Below, one piece after another: positions 59,701-64,000 of a stretch of DNA of 64,000 nucleotides. Origin of the DNA: Schizochytrium sp. TIO01 (taxonomy: Eukaryota; Protista; Bigyra: Labyrinthulomycetes); assembly GCA_004764695.1 (NCBI GenBank), contig SMSO01000031.1, positions 2,952,436 through 3,016,435 on the forward strand, in the 5' to 3' direction. Position 1 is the stretch's first letter; every line of letters begins with the position of its first letter. The notes beneath the pieces were generated by a model. The model did not search any database, was not told the origin of the DNA, and saw nothing but the letters and a program-made list of their open reading frames with translations. The position numbers were made by a program, and so were the translations under genes.

Positions 59701-62700
59701 GGAAACATTTTTATTTATTATTATTATTATTGTTATTAAATAATATGAAAGCAGAGAGAGACATGGAATGAAAGAGAGTCACAAGTGCCCCGTGAAAACT
59801 TCCCAATCGCGCAGAGAATCAGATCAGACCAGCTAAACATCAGAAGAAACCAATCGAAGCCTCGTGGCAGAGTGAAGAACAGCGCCTCCCTGTCAATATT
59901 TGACGCGCGAATATCTCGCCACGAATCGAATTCACTTCTGCTCCAAATCTTCAACGCCGCAGATTTTGCCGCTTATTGTTATTGCGTTCTCCACCTCCAG
60001 AGCGAGTTATTTTAATTTTTTGGGGGGGTTTAATACGTGAGCTCAGAATTTTGGGAAGCACCGGCATCTCGGCAGCTTCCCAGCCTTCAATTTCGCAGAA
60101 GGTATTGGAGCGATGGACGAGTCCTCCGTGCGACTATGGTTCTCACGTATGCCGAGTGGGTATTGGGGCCGAAGGGCGCCGATAAGTTTATAAAGTCCAA
60201 GGGCATGAAGCAGCAGGAGTGATGCACAGGTTCATCGTTGCAATTGCGTAGCATCGTCATCTTTTAATCAAGAAGTAAAGTTTTGTTTTTGTTTTTAGTT
60301 TTTTTAGTCTTTTTAAATTAAAAGAAAATGAAAAGTTTTCAGTTTTTCATTTGGCAGGTAGGGTAAGGTTGAGAGGGTTCAAGTTACTACTCTTCATCAG
60401 TTACACCGATCGTTCAAAGCTGGGGACCAAACGCGCAGTAAACCGTGCAAATCGGAGAACTCCGCTCTAATGCGCAGAGCTACCACAGCATCCATTGCTT
60501 AAACTTTGCGTTTAGACAAGAAACTGCCATTCCTCTCGAGGCTTCTGCTATTACACTTTTCAAGCGGTTTATTAACCTTTCAAGTTATTTCTACAATAAT
60601 GCACAAATAGACGAAGAATAAGGATCCACACTCAACTAATAGCAATAATGAAATGAATGAAAATGAATAAAAAGTAAATAAGTAAATAAGTAAATAAGTA
60701 AACAAGTAAATAAGTAAATATGCGCTATCTATCTCTCAGAGCAGAACCGTCGCCGCTTTTCTCGCTTTCGCTGCGTCTGCGAGGCGGCAGAACGAGCGAA
60801 GCCGCCTCGTCACCGGCCGAAGGGCCCGCCGAAGGCTCTGCCCTGAGCCTTCTCGCTGCCGGTCTGAGCGTGCATGAGGCCCAGAGGCACCTCGCTGCTT
60901 CCTGGCGCGAGCCTCAGAGCTGAGAAAGTCGTGATGGCAATCCATTAATCACTCAATCACTCAATCGATGAATCATTATTTATTCGATCCATCATTCATT
61001 CATTCATTCATTCTTTCTTTCTTTCTTTCTTTCTTTCCCCTTTAACTTTTGGCTTTTGTTTTTTGTTTTTTGTTTTTTATTTGTAAAAGACATATTGTAA
61101 AAGACATACTACACCAAAGTACCTATCAAAGTCAATCCGCAGTCGATGCGAAGGCGATTTAGATAGATCGGCCTCTTCGAAGCCAACGTCGAGGCGAGAG
61201 CGAGAGCGGAGGCGTCTTCTCGTGGCCAGAGTCGCCCTCCGGCGCCTGCGCAAAGGCTGCGGGCCCTCGTTTGGCGTCGAAGTAGTGGTAGGTACTCCTG
61301 CACAGCTCTCTGTGTTTGTGTCTCTTTGGCCGGATCATTTCCTCTTCTATCCTTAAAGTGCATCTAATTAGATTTATTATTAGTTCTGGTGCCTTAGATC
61401 CTCAGACAGAGACACACAGATATATATATATATATATTTAGATCTTGAGAACCTCAACGTTTCGCTCGACCGAAGTTAAGAGCGCCGGTCCTGAGAGGTC
61501 GATATGCGGCCTGGCACCCGACCGCTTCTTCGGGATCGACTGTATGATTCATCGCAAAGCGTCGTCGTATCTGCTCCTCGAATAAACCATCCTGGTTCCC
61601 GCGCTTTATGTAGATAGATAGAACTAGGTCGCTCTAATAGGTCTCTCTCTCTCTGCCTATCTTTCTATGTTTCGGTACCTGATAGAACAAAACAAAAGGC
61701 TCTTTCTTCCCTTCTTCGCACCCTAGGAAAGCGGTATGAAAATGCTAGGGACTAGACTCTTCTTTTAAAACATTTCACTTCATTTTATTTTTTAAGTTAA
61801 TATTGTATTTCCTTCGACTTTGATTCAAAGTGATGATTGAAAGTACGAACTATGGTATGGTAAGATAGAGGATGAAATACTGGTCTCACTTTCTTTCCGA
61901 AGAACAATTCCGCTCGTCTAAAAGAACTTGCGTAGCACTGCCTTAGGCACGCCTAGCGTGGACCACCCTCGCTTTTGCTTTTGAACACTCACTCTGAGTG
62001 ACTCTACCTATGAATAGCAAGCACTGAACCTCTCAGGCAAATGAAATAAAACATGATTTTTGGTCAAACGTCAAAAGGAATAATGGCAAACGATGCTGCT
62101 CGCTAGAGGGACCAGCGCAGCTGATAAGCGGTGGGCGGCCTCAGATGTAGACGTCGTAGTGAGAAATGGGGCGCTCGAGCTCTTGAATTGGCGCTGCCCA
62201 ATAAGCTCAGCGGTTACAGGCGAAGAGGGCTCTCACCACACCACGGCTGCTGATGCTTTATCGTCTTCAAGTTCATTTTCTATAGGCGCATCATTTGTTT
62301 ATTTTTATTTTTATTTTTATTTTATTTTTCATTCATTCTCTGAAAGTATTCATAGAAATTATAAATAAATCAATAAATAACAAAAGTCGATTTGTTCTGT
62401 TGACGATTCACGAACTTCCATGCAAACAGGAACTCACTCTTTCAGAGTATCATCATACCATGCGCTGCATAGGCATGTAATTCTATCTTGGCGACGCCGA
62501 GCACTGCCCACGCCCATTCCGGCCAGCTTGAGAGTTGCCTGTAAGCTCAGGTCCTTTCAATCAATGGCAGGCACCTGCGGAAGCTTTGGGGACTATTGGA
62601 TGTTTGCACGTGTTTGTTTTAAGTATGTCCTTGCATGTTAAAATTTATTTAGATGGAGTAAAATGCATTTTAGTGTGATTCCTGTTTTGGTTGTCTTTTT

Positions 62701-63008
62701 CTTTTTTCTTTTAAATTTAGTTAAGAACTCGAGTATTGATTAGAGTCCAGGTAGATACCTCCTAGGCAGCAGGTAGATAGCTACCTACTAGAAATGCTGC
62801 TCCTCTGTATTTATTTTGTTGTCTTTTGCATTCCGAGTTAATCGATAATTGATCCACCGTGCACGCCTGTTGAGAGTGAGAGTGACGGATTCCCTTCTTA
62901 TCAGAAGCTCCTCCGACTCCGTTTCTGCTGCTTGTTGCCCCCCTGGCCGCTCGATTTGTTTCCCTGCTAGGGTTTCTTTCCCCTGGTGGTGTGTTTTGGG
63001 CAGCAGAC

Positions 63009-64000
63009 ATGAATCGGCCGGTGCTGCACAAGTCTGGCAGCGAGCCAGTAGCAGATGCGGACAAGAACGTGAACGCAAGCCTCCTGGAGTTCTACGCACG
63101 ACTACAGAAGAAGAGAGACGAGCGGAAGGCTCACGAGGCTCGCGACAGCAAGTTCTTTTTAGACAGTGACGACGATCAGCAGTACAGATCCTCCAACTAC
63201 AATCACAATTACGATTACAATCGCAACAACGAGGACAATAGCGGAAACGCAACATTTGCGACGACTTCGAGCTTAAGGCATCAGCGGGGAGCAGGGCAAG
63301 ATACATCCAGCTCAGAGTCTCCTTCTTCAGGAGGTCATAGAAACAAAGAAACGGTTGACAGCGACAAAAACACTGACGACGGCGACTATTACACAGAAGA
63401 CGACGAGGCAGGGCAATCTGGGACTAAACAAAACAATACAATGAGTACCTCGGGAGAAGATGAAGCGGCCAACAACTCAGAACAAAATACCAATAAGTTC
63501 CGAGACAAGGTTCGCAAGCTCAGAGCTATGTCTTCAACTTCAGAAGATGAAGATCTCCCAGGTTCAAGGCCATCTCAGGTATTAAGGTGGATTTCCACGG
63601 TCGAACAGCTACAGGCTAAACGAGGCGCAGTTCCACTACCAGCGCCGCATGTTCACCATGCAAATAATAGCAAGGGCAAGAAATCTGGTAGTGGAGGCAA
63701 TCAAGGAGCACAGCGAAAGGGCTCCTTTATGCCACTACCTAAATCCAGTGCCAGCAGCGGCGGCAGTTCGGGGAATAAAAGCGAAGCCTCTGGTAAACCT
63801 GCACAACGGCATTCGTTTGTGGCCTCCTCCGCGTCACCAGCCGCACCATCATCGTCACGTGCTTCACAAAGACCTAAGCTACGTAAGCAACTCAATCCCA
63901 TGGGTAGCAGCAACAGCAGCAGCAAACTTTTAAGCAGTGATGGCAAAATGCATGACAGTAAGTCAGATATGGGCGACGAAAGCAAAGCAGACCAAAGCAC
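63009..64000 (+). CDS. 5' part of a low-complexity (S/G/D/N-rich) protein, truncated by the window end
   Basis: Hand translation from ATG 63009 (MNRPVLHKSGSEPVADADK...) stays open for ~330 codons to 64000; absent from the ORF track because there is no stop in the window. Confidence 0.8.
   Translation, partial: MNRPVLHKSGSEPVADADKNVNASLLEFYARLQKKRDERKAHEARDSKFFLDSDDDQQYRSSNYNHNYDYNRNNEDNSGNATFATTSSLRHQRGAGQDTSSSESPSSGGHRNKETVDSDKNTDDGDYYTEDDEAGQSGTKQNNTMSTSGEDEAANNSEQNTNKFRDKVRKLRAMSSTSEDEDLPGSRPSQVLRWISTVEQLQAKRGAVPLPAPHVHHANNSKGKKSGSGGNQGAQRKGSFMPLPKSSASSGGSSGNKSEASGKPAQRHSFVASSASPAAPSSSRASQRPKLRKQLNPMGSSNSSSKLLSSDGKMHDSKSDMGDESKADQS

Noticed and set aside
1-64000. tRNA or rRNA genes
   Set aside because: No cloverleaf with A/B boxes and no rRNA-conserved sequence recognised by eye; tRNAscan-SE and Infernal were not run

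Overview
Eukaryotic, intron-poor protist DNA. The gene set and the tetranucleotide-microsatellite-rich intergenic DNA suggest a stramenopile such as a thraustochytrid (inference only). The window has four zones. (1) 1-29 kb: a gene desert with SSRs, AT tracts and CTAG/TACC-rich motif clusters, and no credible protein gene. (2) 29.9-43.1 kb: an orphan-rich zone. Two divergent unknown genes (29887-31386 minus; 33909-35825 plus) are separated by a ~2.2-kb array of about 10.5 copies of a 194-212 bp hairpin-rich repeat. They are followed by a HINT3-like HIT gene, a stand-alone Ty1/copia Gag-like gene and a small ribbon-helix-helix-like gene. (3) 44.3-56.8 kb: a housekeeping block with two TMEM53/DUF829 paralogues, a HAD-like hydrolase, a histidine phosphatase with one 92-nt intron, a reticulon and VAC14. 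(4) 57-63 kb: non-coding DNA, then a low-complexity CDS that runs off the right end. The best candidate for an undescribed system is the divergent gene pair plus repeat array. The solo Gag and the RHH-like protein are secondary candidates. All family calls come from motif recognition by eye; no searches were run.
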